From Candidatus Latescibacterota bacterium (GTDB lineage Bacteria > Latescibacterota > UBA2968), in the NCBI GenBank assembly GCA_965204375.1, contig OZ241986.1:5312001-5376000 (forward strand): a stretch of 64,000 bases of DNA, in the 5' to 3' direction. A model generated the notes under the pieces. The model had not been told where the DNA came from. It worked only from the letters and a program-made list of their open reading frames with translations, and made no database searches. Both the position numbers and the translations under genes were made by a program. This document shows positions 9,322 to 19,748 of the stretch, one piece after another; the first letter of the stretch is position 1, and every line of letters begins with the position of its first letter.

Positions 9322-10296
9322 CTATAGAAGTTCCGAGAGGGTTATGCGGCGGTTTTCTTGCATTGATCGTTCGGCTGCGAGACCGATCAGCGCGGCGTTG
9401 ATGGCGGTGCGGGCGTCGGTTTGCCAGTTGCCATTGTTGATGTCGTTGAGGAATTGGGTTTGGATTGTGATGTCCGATGGTTCGGTTGCGGGCAGGTCGT
9501 GTTCGCCTGATTTTGTCGATAGGCACCAGCCATCGCTTCTGTTGATGAGTGTCCCGCCTGTCATGACAATACGACGATATTCTTCGGCATTGGAAATTTC
9601 AATGCCTCCGGCCCAGTTCCACTGACCAATACCGCCGTTTTCAAAACCGACTGTGACGGAATTTGCAAAGCTGTCGTAGGTGCTGTCATCGCGCAGATTT
9701 TCGTAGTGGGCTGCAGCTTCAACCCAGGTGGCGGGACCAAAACAATCGACGAGGGGATAGATGTTATAGACAAAAAAGAGGGCTGGTGGACCCGATATGG
9801 AAATATTAAAGAGGATTTCAGGGCGTTGACCTCGGCCCGGGGTGAGGCGAGTGAATAGTGCGGTTATGAGATTTCCCGTTTGAGCTGTTTGTCGTTTGAG
9901 TGCCCGGTGAGATGGCGAGAGTACTTCGTTGTGGCCCACGCGGAGGACGCAAGACGAGTGGTCGATTCTGGAAAGCAATTGCCGCGCTTCATCGATATTG
10001 CGCGCCGCGGGATATTCGGTAAAAACGTGTTTGTTTGCATCGAGCGCAGCAAGGGCGATTTCACTGTGGGTGTCGTTGTAGGTGCATATTGCGATGGCGT
10101 CAATGTCGTCGCGTTTGAGTATGTCCCGATAGGTCGGCAAGTAATCTATACCGTGCTTGTTGGCGAGTGCTGGCCCGGTTTCTATGTTTCGCGCAGCAAT
10201 GGCAATGAGTTCAAATCCTTCGGTTTGGGAAAAATGCTGGGTGTGGCGACTCGCCATACCGCCTGAGCCGATGATGCCAATGCGAATGTCGTTCAT
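9322..10296 (-). CDS. Gfo/Idh/MocA family oxidoreductase
   Basis: IRIGIIGSGGM Rossmann motif, KHVFTEYP; GGAG RBS before ATG 10296. Confidence 0.85.
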   Translation of the reverse strand: MNDIRIGIIGSGGMASRHTQHFSQTEGFELIAIAARNIETGPALANKHGIDYLPTYRDILKRDDIDAIAICTYNDTHSEIALAALDANKHVFTEYPAARNIDEARQLLSRIDHSSCVLRVGHNEVLSPSHRALKRQTAQTGNLITALFTRLTPGRGQRPEILFNISISGPPALFFVYNIYPLVDCFGPATWVEAAAHYENLRDDSTYDSFANSVTVGFENGGIGQWNWAGGIEISNAEEYRRIVMTGGTLINRSDGWCLSTKSGEHDLPATEPSDITIQTQFLNDINNGNWQTDARTAINAALIGLAAERSMQENRRITLSELL

Positions 10297-10308
10297 TTTT
10301 TCTCCATT

Positions 10309-10345
10309 AAAAAAAGAGTCCGCGAGGTGCTTGCGGACTCTTTTT
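10309..10345. terminator. Intrinsic terminator downstream of korB
   Basis: AGAGTCCGC / GCGGACTCT stem flanked by A and T tracts. Confidence 0.75.
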
Positions 10346-10366
10346 GCGCTGTGATGTTGACGCGCG

Positions 10367-11908
10367 TTAGTTGGGCGATATGTCGTCTGAGAAGAGTCCG
10401 CCAGTGAACTTGAGCATGACTTTGAAGGATGCCAGGCCCACGGGACGCCCATCGGGATCTACAATGGGTATGTGGCGGAAGCCGTGCAGAGACATCAGGT
10501 GCAGGAGGTGACCGATGGGATCAGATGTTTTCAATGCGGTGGGGTCTTTGGTCATCAGGCTATCGACCGTTATTTTTGTCAGGTCTATATCGCGCCCGGC
10601 AACTTTTTCAAAGAGATCGCCCTGTGCGAATATGCCGCGCAATAAGCCCTGTTTGTCAACGACCAGCAAACACCCCAGATTTTTGCTGCGCATGGTCTCG
10701 ACGGCATCGGCTACCGAAGTGTCGGCGGATACGCATTCGGGGGCTGGCAGATCGAGCGATGAGATCGGATCGTAGAGCAGTTGCTGAAGCGCGGTGCGCG
10801 GTGCCATGGGGTCTTCTTGTTCGATATCGGGAATGATATTCGATGTGGGCAATTCTTCGTGGACTTCTTGCACGGTTTCAGCGTCGGGACCTTCGGGAAC
10901 AATCCAGGTGTCTGTCGCGTGATACAGGGCATTGAGATCGCCTGCGCCGCGTTCTTCAACCGCCTGACGGCCCTGTGCGATGACTTGGTCTTCATAAATT
11001 GGACGTTCGACACAGCGAAATACACCGAGTGGCACGGGATAGTCCGGATGCGTGAGGCGGCTGAGCAAATACGCATGGGCTGGATTGTCCAGGGTTTCGT
11101 CGTGTGTGAGCAAGTCGCTTTCCGATACGCCATTGCCCAGGGTTACGACTTCGGGCGCGAGCTTATTGACGCGGATGCCTTTGTCGCGGTCTTTGCCAAA
11201 AATGATGGGTTGGCCGTGTTCGAGGATCACGGTCTGATCGTCTTTGACATCTGCCTCAGTGGCAAAAAAGAAGGCACCGTCGTTGTAGATGTTGCAGTTC
11301 TGGTAAATTTCGACAAAGGATGTGCCGCGGTGTTCGGTGGCGCGTTTGAGGATCTCGGCCATGTGCTTGGTGTTGCGGTCAACGCTGCGGGCGACAAAGG
11401 TGGCTTCGGCTGCCAGGGCAACGGAGATGGCATTGAAGTCCTGTTCCACAGAGCCCATGGGCGACGAATAGGTGCGTGTGCCCGGCGGCGATGTGGGTGA
11501 GTATTGTCCTTTGGTGAGGCCGTAGATCGCATTGTTGAAGAGTATGATGTTGAGATCGACATTGCGACGCAGCACATGCAACAGGTGATTGCCGCCTATG
11601 GATAGGCTGTCGCCATCGCCGGTGATTACCCATACGTGCAGGTCGGGATTGGCTACTTTGAGGCCAGTCGCCACGGTTGCCGCACGACCGTGAATGGTGT
11701 GCAGACCGTACGTGTTCATGTAATAGGGGAAGCGGCTGGAGCAACCGATGCCCGATATAAAGACCATATCTTCTCGCGCAATGCCCATTTCGGGCAACAC
11801 GCGTTGCATCTGTGCAAGGATGGCGTAATCACCACAACCGGGGCACCAGCGCACTTCCTGGTCGGATACGAAGTCTTTTCGCGTCAGTGTTTCAATAGCG
11901 TCTGCCAT
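10367..11908 (-). CDS. korB: 2-oxoacid:ferredoxin oxidoreductase beta subunit fused to a C-terminal CBS pair
   Basis: WCPGCGD, GIGCSSR, GDGD TPP motif; after an acidic linker, two CBS repeats (MTKDP, FRHIPIVD). Confidence 0.9.
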   Translation of the reverse strand: MADAIETLTRKDFVSDQEVRWCPGCGDYAILAQMQRVLPEMGIAREDMVFISGIGCSSRFPYYMNTYGLHTIHGRAATVATGLKVANPDLHVWVITGDGDSLSIGGNHLLHVLRRNVDLNIILFNNAIYGLTKGQYSPTSPPGTRTYSSPMGSVEQDFNAISVALAAEATFVARSVDRNTKHMAEILKRATEHRGTSFVEIYQNCNIYNDGAFFFATEADVKDDQTVILEHGQPIIFGKDRDKGIRVNKLAPEVVTLGNGVSESDLLTHDETLDNPAHAYLLSRLTHPDYPVPLGVFRCVERPIYEDQVIAQGRQAVEERGAGDLNALYHATDTWIVPEGPDAETVQEVHEELPTSNIIPDIEQEDPMAPRTALQQLLYDPISSLDLPAPECVSADTSVADAVETMRSKNLGCLLVVDKQGLLRGIFAQGDLFEKVAGRDIDLTKITVDSLMTKDPTALKTSDPIGHLLHLMSLHGFRHIPIVDPDGRPVGLASFKVMLKFTGGLFSDDISPN

Positions 11909-11920
11909 GTTTGGATTCCT

Positions 11921-13813
11921 CTATAACGATGCGCTCTTTGGAGCACCCAGTATTTCGGCAATTTTGCCGGAGAGTTCTGTAATTTTGAAGGGCAATCCCT
12001 GAACTTTATTGAAGGGAACGATGACCTGTGAGGGATATTTGGCCTGGAGCAGCAAAGACAACTGTCCCATGTTGAGTTCGGGCACGAGTATGGTTTTGTA
12101 ACTCGATAGTATCGCACCCAGATTTTTGGGGAATGGGTTGAGGTAGCGCAGATGCGCCGCGGCAACCGAATAGCCTTGCTGTCGCATTCGGCGCACTGCC
12201 GAACGGATCGCACCATAAGTACATCCCCAGCCGAGGACGAGCAAATCGCCCGATTTGGGACCCATGACGTGCTGGAGTGGAATGCGGTCGGCGATGCGCG
12301 CCAGGCGTTCGGCGCGTATGTTCGCCATGTGCTGGTTGTCATCCGGGTCGTAGGATACATTGCCTGTACCGTCTTCTTTGCCCAGTCCACCAAGTCTGTG
12401 TTCAAGGCCCGGTGTGCCCGGCAATACCCAGGGGCGAGAGAGCGTTTTTGGATCGCGCAGATAGGGCAAGAAGCCCTCGGGATCGGTTCTGTGCTCGGTC
12501 TGTATGGTCGGAATATCATCCGGATCGGGAATTTTCCACGGTTCAGCGCTGGTGTTGAGATATCCATCGGAGAGGAAAATGACCGGGCTCATGGTTTCAA
12601 CGGCGATGCGGAACGCTTCGATGACCATGTCAAAGCAGTCTGAGGGCGTGGCCGGTGAGACAATGGGGATGGGACTGTCGCCATTGCGACCAAACATGCA
12701 TTGGAGCAGGTCCGATTGTTCTGTTTTGGTGGGCATGCCGGTGCTGGGACCACCGCGCTGAAAATCGCAGATAACGAGGGGCAATTCCATCATCAGAGCG
12801 AGGTTCATGGCTTCGCTTTTCAGTGCGATGCCGGGGCCACTGGTGCCCGTGGCGGCAAACGCGCCTCCAAAAGCAGCGCCAATGACTGAGCCCAATGCGG
12901 AAATTTCATCTTCTGCTTGAAAAGTTCGCACGTCAAAATTTTTCAATGCGGCTAATTCTTCGAGTACCGCGCTGGCCGGCGTGATGGGATAGCTGCCGTA
13001 AAAGAGGGTTTTGCCCGCTTTGTGAGCCGCAGTGACCATGCCTATTGCCGTGGCTTGTGTACCCGTGACAGCGCGATAAGTGCCCGGTGCGACGACGGCT
13101 TTTTTGACCTGGTACTGAATCTGAAATTCTTCGACTGTTTCACCAAAGTTGTAGCCGGCTTTCAGGGTGCTGACGTTGCCGTCGATGATTTCGTCTTTGC
13201 CCTGAAATTTCTTTTCGAGCATGCGAATGGTCGGCTCGATCGGGCGATCAAATATCCAGTAGGACAGGCCCAATGCGAAGAAGTTTTTCATCATGTCAAT
13301 CTGGCGATTGCTCAGGCCCTCAACGTGTGCGACAGCTTCTTTGTGTAGCGTGGTGAGGGGCACTTTGACTACGCGGTAATTGGAGAGTTCATTGCCTTCG
13401 AGGGGATCGCCGTCGTATCCGGCTTTGCGCAGGTTGTTGCGCGTGAAGTTGTCTGTGTTGGCAATGACGATGCCGCCGTTTGGAAGGTCGTTGATATTGG
13501 CTTTGAGTGCAGCCGGGTTCATCGCCACGAGGACTTGGGGTTCATCGCCGGGTGTGTATATTTCTTCGCTGGATATGTGGATTTGAAATCCGCTAACGCC
13601 GGGCAATGTGCCGGCAGGCGCGCGGATTTCAGCGGGAAAGTCCGGCAGGGTACTGATGTCATTGCCGACGATTGCCGAGGTGTTGGCAAATTCTTTGCCG
13701 ATGAGCTGACTGCCATCGCCGGAATCACCTGCAAAGCGAATGGCAATCGATTCGATTTCGGACAGTTCAAAAAGTGCCGATTCGGCCGTTTCTTCGATGT
13801 CTATTTCGGCCAT
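11921..13813 (-). CDS. korA: 2-oxoacid:ferredoxin oxidoreductase alpha subunit (gamma-alpha fusion)
   Basis: GDSGDG, YPITPAS, QAEDEI, QRGGPSTG. Confidence 0.92.
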   Translation of the reverse strand: MAEIDIEETAESALFELSEIESIAIRFAGDSGDGSQLIGKEFANTSAIVGNDISTLPDFPAEIRAPAGTLPGVSGFQIHISSEEIYTPGDEPQVLVAMNPAALKANINDLPNGGIVIANTDNFTRNNLRKAGYDGDPLEGNELSNYRVVKVPLTTLHKEAVAHVEGLSNRQIDMMKNFFALGLSYWIFDRPIEPTIRMLEKKFQGKDEIIDGNVSTLKAGYNFGETVEEFQIQYQVKKAVVAPGTYRAVTGTQATAIGMVTAAHKAGKTLFYGSYPITPASAVLEELAALKNFDVRTFQAEDEISALGSVIGAAFGGAFAATGTSGPGIALKSEAMNLALMMELPLVICDFQRGGPSTGMPTKTEQSDLLQCMFGRNGDSPIPIVSPATPSDCFDMVIEAFRIAVETMSPVIFLSDGYLNTSAEPWKIPDPDDIPTIQTEHRTDPEGFLPYLRDPKTLSRPWVLPGTPGLEHRLGGLGKEDGTGNVSYDPDDNQHMANIRAERLARIADRIPLQHVMGPKSGDLLVLGWGCTYGAIRSAVRRMRQQGYSVAAAHLRYLNPFPKNLGAILSSYKTILVPELNMGQLSLLLQAKYPSQVIVPFNKVQGLPFKITELSGKIAEILGAPKSASL

Positions 13814-13831
13814 AAATCCTCCTGAAGTATT

Positions 13832-14299
13832 TTAGGCACCAGCCCGAGCACTGGCAAAATGGTCGGGGGTTGGCGGTAGGTTGTAGATTTCTTCTGGGAA
13901 GTGATCGCTCATGTATTTGATGATGGCATAGTGTGTCAGTGTGCCCAATACGCGCTCTTCTGCATCTACAACGGGCATGTAGCGGTGGGGCTTGTCGCTC
14001 ATAAATCGGATGGCTTCGATTAGTGTGGTATCCGATTGCAGGGTGAGCGGATCGGGGGTCATGATCGTTTCTATAGGCTCGTTGATTACTTCGGATTGGT
14101 CGATTACACGGCGGGCAATGTCGTGTGCTGTAAAGATGCCGATTAGTTTGCCCTGGTCCATGACCAGCGCGCATTTGCGCTGGCCGGCCTGCATTTTGGC
14201 GATGACCTGACCTACGCGATTGTCTTTTTGCACTTCGACATAAAAAGAGAGATCAACGTGTTTTACTGTGTCGTTGTGGAGGCTGTGATTCAGATTCAT
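13832..14299 (-). CDS. Stand-alone CBS-domain protein
   Basis: Two CBS repeats (LIGIFT, MTPDP, RYMPVVD); start assigned to MNLNHSL. Confidence 0.85.
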   Translation of the reverse strand: MNLNHSLHNDTVKHVDLSFYVEVQKDNRVGQVIAKMQAGQRKCALVMDQGKLIGIFTAHDIARRVIDQSEVINEPIETIMTPDPLTLQSDTTLIEAIRFMSDKPHRYMPVVDAEERVLGTLTHYAIIKYMSDHFPEEIYNLPPTPDHFASARAGA

Positions 14300-14529
14300 T
14301 GGGAAGGCTCTTTGGGGAGTTTTATAGGGATTTAGAGCTGTAATTTTAGAGCAATTTAATATAAGGTATTTACATGTGTGTGGCAAGTATTGTTATAGTA
14401 ATATAGCATGGGGAGCAAATTCAATACATCTGTTCAAAAAGGTCGGTTCGGAAATTGTTTGATCTGCGGTTTTTTGCTTCTATATTGCCTGACACTATTT
14501 TTTAAAATTTGTTTTTGCGTGGAGAAGAT

Positions 14530-15708
14530 ATGCTGCGATCCGGGGCTGGACATTCAAATGATGCCGATGGCATGTTCGCTGTTGAGGCCGCTTTGTCTGA
14601 AGCTATGAAGGGGCTGGGCGATGTCGCTGTTGATGCTGCATTTCTTTTTTTGACCTATCACCACATGGGCGATGCTGCTGCTATGGTGGATGTTGTTATC
14701 GATCGGGTGGAGACAGAGGCTGTATTTGGATGCAGTGGCATGGGCGTTTTGACAGATGCCCGAGAGAATGATCGCGAGCCAGGGGTGGCTGTGCTGGTGC
14801 TGGGGGGAGACCATTTTGAGGTGACACCTCTTGTGGCTGAGGGTGACGATGCAGGGGTTCGTATTGGCGAGCAGGTGGTAGCCCGGGGAACAGAGGATGC
14901 CTTGCTGGTGCTTATGTGTGGAATTTACTCCAATCCGGCGGTCTGTCTGGAACAGATTGCCGAGATCGCGGGTGATGTGCCCGTTGTGGGGGGCGTTGCA
15001 TCGGGCAATCCATGGCCGTGGGGATCAGCGTCGCCGCGGACATTGCAATGGTGTGGCCGGTGGATTGGTGAACACGGGGTGGTGGGGGCGTTGCTGACGG
15101 GGGTCAAGGTGGCTACGGGAGTGGCACAAGGTTGCCAGCCGTTTGGACAGGCTTATGCGATTACCAGAGCCGAGGGCAATGTGATTCAGCAGATCGCATT
15201 TGTTCCGGCTATTGATGCGCTGAAGGAGGCGCTCAATACGCTTTCGGCAGAGGAGAGGGCCGATTTGCGCAACAATATTTTTGTGGGTCTGGCGATGGAT
15301 GAGTACGCAACTGAACGGGGGCGAGGCGATTTTTTGATTCGCGGTCTGACGCATATCGACGAGCATTCGGGCGCGATTTCGGTTAATGAACAGGTGTCTG
15401 TGGGGCAGACCATTCAATTTAATCGGCGCACGCCCCATGCGGGGCACGAAGATATGGTGAAGGTGATGCAGGAGTTGCGGGAGTCTGTCGGGCGCCCGTC
15501 CAATACATGTGGTTTGTATTTTAACTGTATGGGACGCGGATTTGGACTTTACGGTCAGCCCGATCACGATGTTCTGGTGATTCGAAAACACCTGGGCGCT
15601 TTTCCGATGGCTGGCTTTTTTGGCAATTCAGAGTTGGCACCTGTGGGCGGGCGCAATTTTGTTCATAGCTATACGGGCGCGCTGGCACTGATTTGGGAGG
15701 CGGAATAG
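14530..15708 (+). CDS. FIST N/C domain signal transduction protein
   Basis: GCSGMGV, VVGG.AS, QGCQPFG, C.GRG..LYG, GFFGNSE. Confidence 0.85.
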   Translation: MLRSGAGHSNDADGMFAVEAALSEAMKGLGDVAVDAAFLFLTYHHMGDAAAMVDVVIDRVETEAVFGCSGMGVLTDARENDREPGVAVLVLGGDHFEVTPLVAEGDDAGVRIGEQVVARGTEDALLVLMCGIYSNPAVCLEQIAEIAGDVPVVGGVASGNPWPWGSASPRTLQWCGRWIGEHGVVGALLTGVKVATGVAQGCQPFGQAYAITRAEGNVIQQIAFVPAIDALKEALNTLSAEERADLRNNIFVGLAMDEYATERGRGDFLIRGLTHIDEHSGAISVNEQVSVGQTIQFNRRTPHAGHEDMVKVMQELRESVGRPSNTCGLYFNCMGRGFGLYGQPDHDVLVIRKHLGAFPMAGFFGNSELAPVGGRNFVHSYTGALALIWEAE

Positions 15709-15714
15709 GTCTCG

Positions 15715-17061
15715 TTATCCGATTCGCCCTGCTTTGGAGCGTCCCCCGCGCCACAGGTCGTACTGGGGGTCTGCGTACTGATCAAAGAAGTTCTGGATGC
15801 GGTTGCGACATTCGTTGATGACTGTTGCGTGGGAGCGGTTCGCCAGGTTGTCGCGTTCTTCCGGGTCTGCCTGCATGTCGTACAGTTCATCCGGGCCATC
15901 TGGATTGCGCCAGGTGTATTTCCAGCGGTCGTTTCGCACCATGCGTGTGTTTTCAAATTCGTGGAATATCTCATTATTCCACGTTATTTCTTCTCCTATA
16001 AGTGCTGAGGCATAACTCGTGCCCGAGAGATTGGGGTTGTCGGCGATCCGCTCCTGTAATCCCAGGTAGTTCAGTACGGATGGGAAGAAATCGTAGTTGC
16101 ATGTTCGCCCTTCAAATACCCCGCCCGCCGGTATCCGCCCGGGCTGGCGGAATATCAGCGGGATGTGAATGGTTTCTTCATAAGTATGAAGGGGTCGGGA
16201 GTGGTCTCCCATGCCCCACATTCCGTGATGTCCGCCGCACCAGCCCTGGTCTGCTGTGAAAATTATCAGGGTGTCTTCTTCCAATCCGTATTCTTTTAAG
16301 GCGTTTGTTATTTCGCCTATCCCATCATCTACGCCGCTGACCGATGCGGCATATCCTCGAATGCTCACCGGGTTGTTGATCATGTCCCGATTGCTGCGTA
16401 GCCACGGATGTACTGGTTCTCTGGGGAAGCTCGGCAGTTCTTTGTCCGCGTAATATTCGGTATGCCGGTTGAGATGTGTTTCCAGCATGCTTTTTCCCAG
16501 GCCATAAGGTCCGTTGTACGCTACGTAGAGGAAGAACGGCTGGTGGTGGTTTTGTTGCAGGAATTCCAGGGCGTGTTCTGTTATGGCTTCGGTTGTGTAT
16601 CGGGGTTCGGTGTAAACCCTGTCCCGCCAGATCCATTCATCGTCGTAAAATGTGGTGGTGTGCCCCTTTGGCCGGGTAAACCAGTATGAGAATCCCTCCT
16701 GGGGCCGCATGCTGTCTCCCAAATGCCATTTTCCGCTCAGTCCGCATACATAGCCCGTATCTGCCATGACGCGGGGGAGGTTTGTAAATTCCCGAATGGT
16801 GCAGTACGCGTCTGGTCCCATCTGTGCGTCTGGTTTTTCTCCGCCGAGGTAACAGTGTACGCCGTGCTGGGATGGGATCAGTCCGGTCATGAATGTGGCG
16901 CGGCTGGGCGAGCAGACCGAGTTGACGCAGTAGGCGTTTGAAAACCGAATTCCTTCTTCTGCAAGTCTGTCGATGTTTGGGGTTTGTATGTCTGGATTGC
17001 CATAGCAGCCCAGGGTCCAGGCCCCCTGGTTGTCGGTCATGATGAATACGACATTAGGCAT
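15715..17061 (-). CDS. Cys-type sulfatase
   Basis: CSPSR motif, GKWHLG; no signal peptide. Confidence 0.9.
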   Translation of the reverse strand: MPNVVFIMTDNQGAWTLGCYGNPDIQTPNIDRLAEEGIRFSNAYCVNSVCSPSRATFMTGLIPSQHGVHCYLGGEKPDAQMGPDAYCTIREFTNLPRVMADTGYVCGLSGKWHLGDSMRPQEGFSYWFTRPKGHTTTFYDDEWIWRDRVYTEPRYTTEAITEHALEFLQQNHHQPFFLYVAYNGPYGLGKSMLETHLNRHTEYYADKELPSFPREPVHPWLRSNRDMINNPVSIRGYAASVSGVDDGIGEITNALKEYGLEEDTLIIFTADQGWCGGHHGMWGMGDHSRPLHTYEETIHIPLIFRQPGRIPAGGVFEGRTCNYDFFPSVLNYLGLQERIADNPNLSGTSYASALIGEEITWNNEIFHEFENTRMVRNDRWKYTWRNPDGPDELYDMQADPEERDNLANRSHATVINECRNRIQNFFDQYADPQYDLWRGGRSKAGRIG

Positions 17062-17081
17062 TTTATGGTCCTCTTGTGAAA

Positions 17082-17126
17082 CGGGCGATGCGGTGGGATC
17101 AGACGACCATGTGGGATCGCTCCTAC
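17082..17126 (-). repeat. GTAG-type REP-like palindrome
   Basis: Minus strand GTAGGAGCGATC...ATCGCCC. Confidence 0.5.
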
Positions 17127-17196
17127 GTACCCCTTCGTGTCTCTTAGTGTCGTGAACTGGTCTGGAATGCGACCAGTTTTACACCGCCCGTGGATC

Positions 17197-18600
17197 TCAT
17201 ACGTCTTTTTCGTATCGCTCGTCTCCCACTTCATCCTGCAAGCGGTGGAGTTCGTCTTTTAGTTCGGCGACTATTTCTGCGTATTCTGGATTGTGATAGA
17301 CGCTGTTCAGTTCATACGGGTCTTTGTCCAGGTCAAATAATTCCCACTCTGGTTCTCGGGCGTCGTCCGAGGCGCCTTCTTGTCCACATCCGTCGGCGTA
17401 ATAGTAGATGAGTTTGTGCCGATGCGTTCTGACTCCGTAATGCGCGTAGATATTGTGTCCGTTCAGGTGCATCCAGTACCGGTAATACATCGAGGCGCGC
17501 CAGTAGGCGGGTCGGTCGCCGTTTAACAGGGGGCGCATGCTGTGTCCCTGAAAATGGCTGGGGATGTTTATTCCGGCGTAGTCCAGGAATGTGGATGCGA
17601 AATCTACGTTGAGGATCATGTCGTCGCAGACACTGCCGGCTTTGATTTCTTTGGGATACCGGATGAGGAATGGCATGCGGAGGGATTCTTCGTACATGAA
17701 TCGCTTGTCGTACCAGCCGTGGTCGCCCAGGTAGAAGCCCTGGTCCGATGTATAGACGACGATGGTGTTGTCCGTTAGTCCCTCTTCGTCCAGGTAGTCC
17801 AGTACGCGACCGACGTTGTCATCGACAGATGCCACGCAGCGCAAGTAGTCTTTGATGTAGCGCTGGTATTTCCATTTCATGTCTTCTTCGGGGGTCAAGC
17901 CTTCGGGTACGGGTTGTTTCAGGTCGCGGGGGTTCAGGTCGCGGTTGACGCGCATTTCAGCCTGAGATGCGGCTGTGGCGCGGTTGCTGTAGTCGTCCCA
18001 TAGGGTTTCGGGTTCCGGGATGTCGATGTCTTCGTACATGTCCGCGTGTTTGTCATCTGGCTCCCAGGGCCGGTGAGGTGCTTTGTGGTGGTACATGAGC
18101 ATGAATGGCCTGTTTTTGTCGCGGTCTTTTAACCAGTCCAGTGCGAGGTCGGTTATGATGTCTGTGGTGTATCCTTCGTAGTGGACTTCTTTGCCCATGT
18201 CGTACATCATGGGGTTGTGATAGGCGCCTTGACCGGGGAGTACGTTCCAGTAGTCAAATCCGGTGGGGTCATTGTGTCCGCCGTGCCCGAGATGCCATTT
18301 GCCCACCATTGCGGTTTGATATCCCGAGGCTTGCAGGAGTTTGGGAAATGTGACCTGTCGCCCGTCTAAATTTGTGCGCAATGTGGTTACGCCGTTGATG
18401 TGGTTGTACGTTCCGGTCAAGATTACCGCCCGGCTCGGCGCGCAGATCGAGTTGGTGCAAAAGCAGTTGTTAAAGCGCATTCCGCCTTCGGCGATGCGGT
18501 CCAGGTTGGGCGTTTCGTTAATCCGACTGTTATAACAACTCATGGCATGCGATGCATGGTCATCGGTCATGATAAATAGAATGTTGGGTCTTTCGCTCAT
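17197..18600 (-). CDS. Cys-type sulfatase (N-acetylglucosamine-6-sulfatase-like)
   Basis: CAPSR motif, [15 protein letters not shown]. Confidence 0.9.
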   Translation of the reverse strand: MSERPNILFIMTDDHASHAMSCYNSRINETPNLDRIAEGGMRFNNCFCTNSICAPSRAVILTGTYNHINGVTTLRTNLDGRQVTFPKLLQASGYQTAMVGKWHLGHGGHNDPTGFDYWNVLPGQGAYHNPMMYDMGKEVHYEGYTTDIITDLALDWLKDRDKNRPFMLMYHHKAPHRPWEPDDKHADMYEDIDIPEPETLWDDYSNRATAASQAEMRVNRDLNPRDLKQPVPEGLTPEEDMKWKYQRYIKDYLRCVASVDDNVGRVLDYLDEEGLTDNTIVVYTSDQGFYLGDHGWYDKRFMYEESLRMPFLIRYPKEIKAGSVCDDMILNVDFASTFLDYAGINIPSHFQGHSMRPLLNGDRPAYWRASMYYRYWMHLNGHNIYAHYGVRTHRHKLIYYYADGCGQEGASDDAREPEWELFDLDKDPYELNSVYHNPEYAEIVAELKDELHRLQDEVGDERYEKDV

Positions 18601-18626
18601 GTGTGCTCCTTTTGGTTGTGGATTTT

Positions 18627-19736
18627 TTAATTTAACTGAGCAATGAGGTCAGAAGGCACGGATGCGACATGGATTTGGGGATGGCCCGAGCGGTCGGAGT
18701 TGAAGACGAGCCATTTGAGGTCGGGTGAGAGATAGGGATGCCCGTGTGTGTTTTGCGCGGTGCTCATGGATGTGTGCGCTTCGCATACGACCGCGGTTTT
18801 GCCGGTTTGGATATTGCCGACGATGAGTTTGCTGGCGCCCTGCCAGTCGTCGCAGAAGAAGTATTGACCACACGGGGAGGTGCCGACGTGGTTGAAGCGA
18901 TAGCCCGGCGTGCCGACGCGCTCTGGGGGTTTGTTTGCCGATACTTTGACGAGGTTGCCTTTGTCGGGTGCGTACTCACCTTCGGCGCGGACGGATAGGA
19001 GGATTTCATTCGCGCCCGCGATCCAGGCTTCGTGTCCGGTGATGCTCGGTGTATGGGGTAGCCCGACCTGAAGGCGCGTGACTTTGCCGTCGGGTATATC
19101 GACGAGGTATTCGGTGGCGCCTTCGTCGCCGACGAGTTTGACGCGGGTGCCGTCGGGTTTAAATTCGCAGCCCCGGTTGTGCTGGACCATAATTTGTTTG
19201 CCTTCTGTGGGTTCAAATTGCGTGTGTGGGTTGCAGATGTCGGGGTCGGTGTTGATGATTTCTCGCGTTCCTTTTTGGAGATCGACGAGTTCAATGCCAA
19301 ACATTTTGGGGTGATAGCTGATGGTGACGCCATAAGCGTAATAGCGTTCATTGGGCGATAGGGTGCCCAATCCGCGCGTTTGAAGGTCTTCGGGAAATTC
19401 ATAGATGACGCGCTGTTTGCCCGTGCGCAGGTCAACGCGCACGAGTTCCTGGCATTTGTTGGGGACAATGCGCCGATAAAAGAAGATGCCGCTGTGGGTC
19501 ATGCCAGGTCCGCCCAGACCGCGACCGATGACTTCGGTTTCCCATGTGCCAAATTCGCAGGCGATATATTCGGTGGTGTTGGGCGCGGTGTCTGAATTTT
19601 TCTGCTCATAGACAAAGACGCGCGAGTCAGCTGAGCAGTAGGGCAGTTCGCAGTAGATGTTGGATTTTTCAAGCGCGTCAGTGGTCACCTGTGTGAGTGC
19701 CACGCCATTGGACAATTCGCCGAGTTTGATAGACAT
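18627..19736 (-). CDS. Oligogalacturonate lyase-like beta-propeller protein
   Basis: [25 protein letters not shown]. Confidence 0.6.
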   Translation of the reverse strand: MSIKLGELSNGVALTQVTTDALEKSNIYCELPYCSADSRVFVYEQKNSDTAPNTTEYIACEFGTWETEVIGRGLGGPGMTHSGIFFYRRIVPNKCQELVRVDLRTGKQRVIYEFPEDLQTRGLGTLSPNERYYAYGVTISYHPKMFGIELVDLQKGTREIINTDPDICNPHTQFEPTEGKQIMVQHNRGCEFKPDGTRVKLVGDEGATEYLVDIPDGKVTRLQVGLPHTPSITGHEAWIAGANEILLSVRAEGEYAPDKGNLVKVSANKPPERVGTPGYRFNHVGTSPCGQYFFCDDWQGASKLIVGNIQTGKTAVVCEAHTSMSTAQNTHGHPYLSPDLKWLVFNSDRSGHPQIHVASVPSDLIAQLN

Positions 19737-19748
19737 TTTTTCTCCTTT

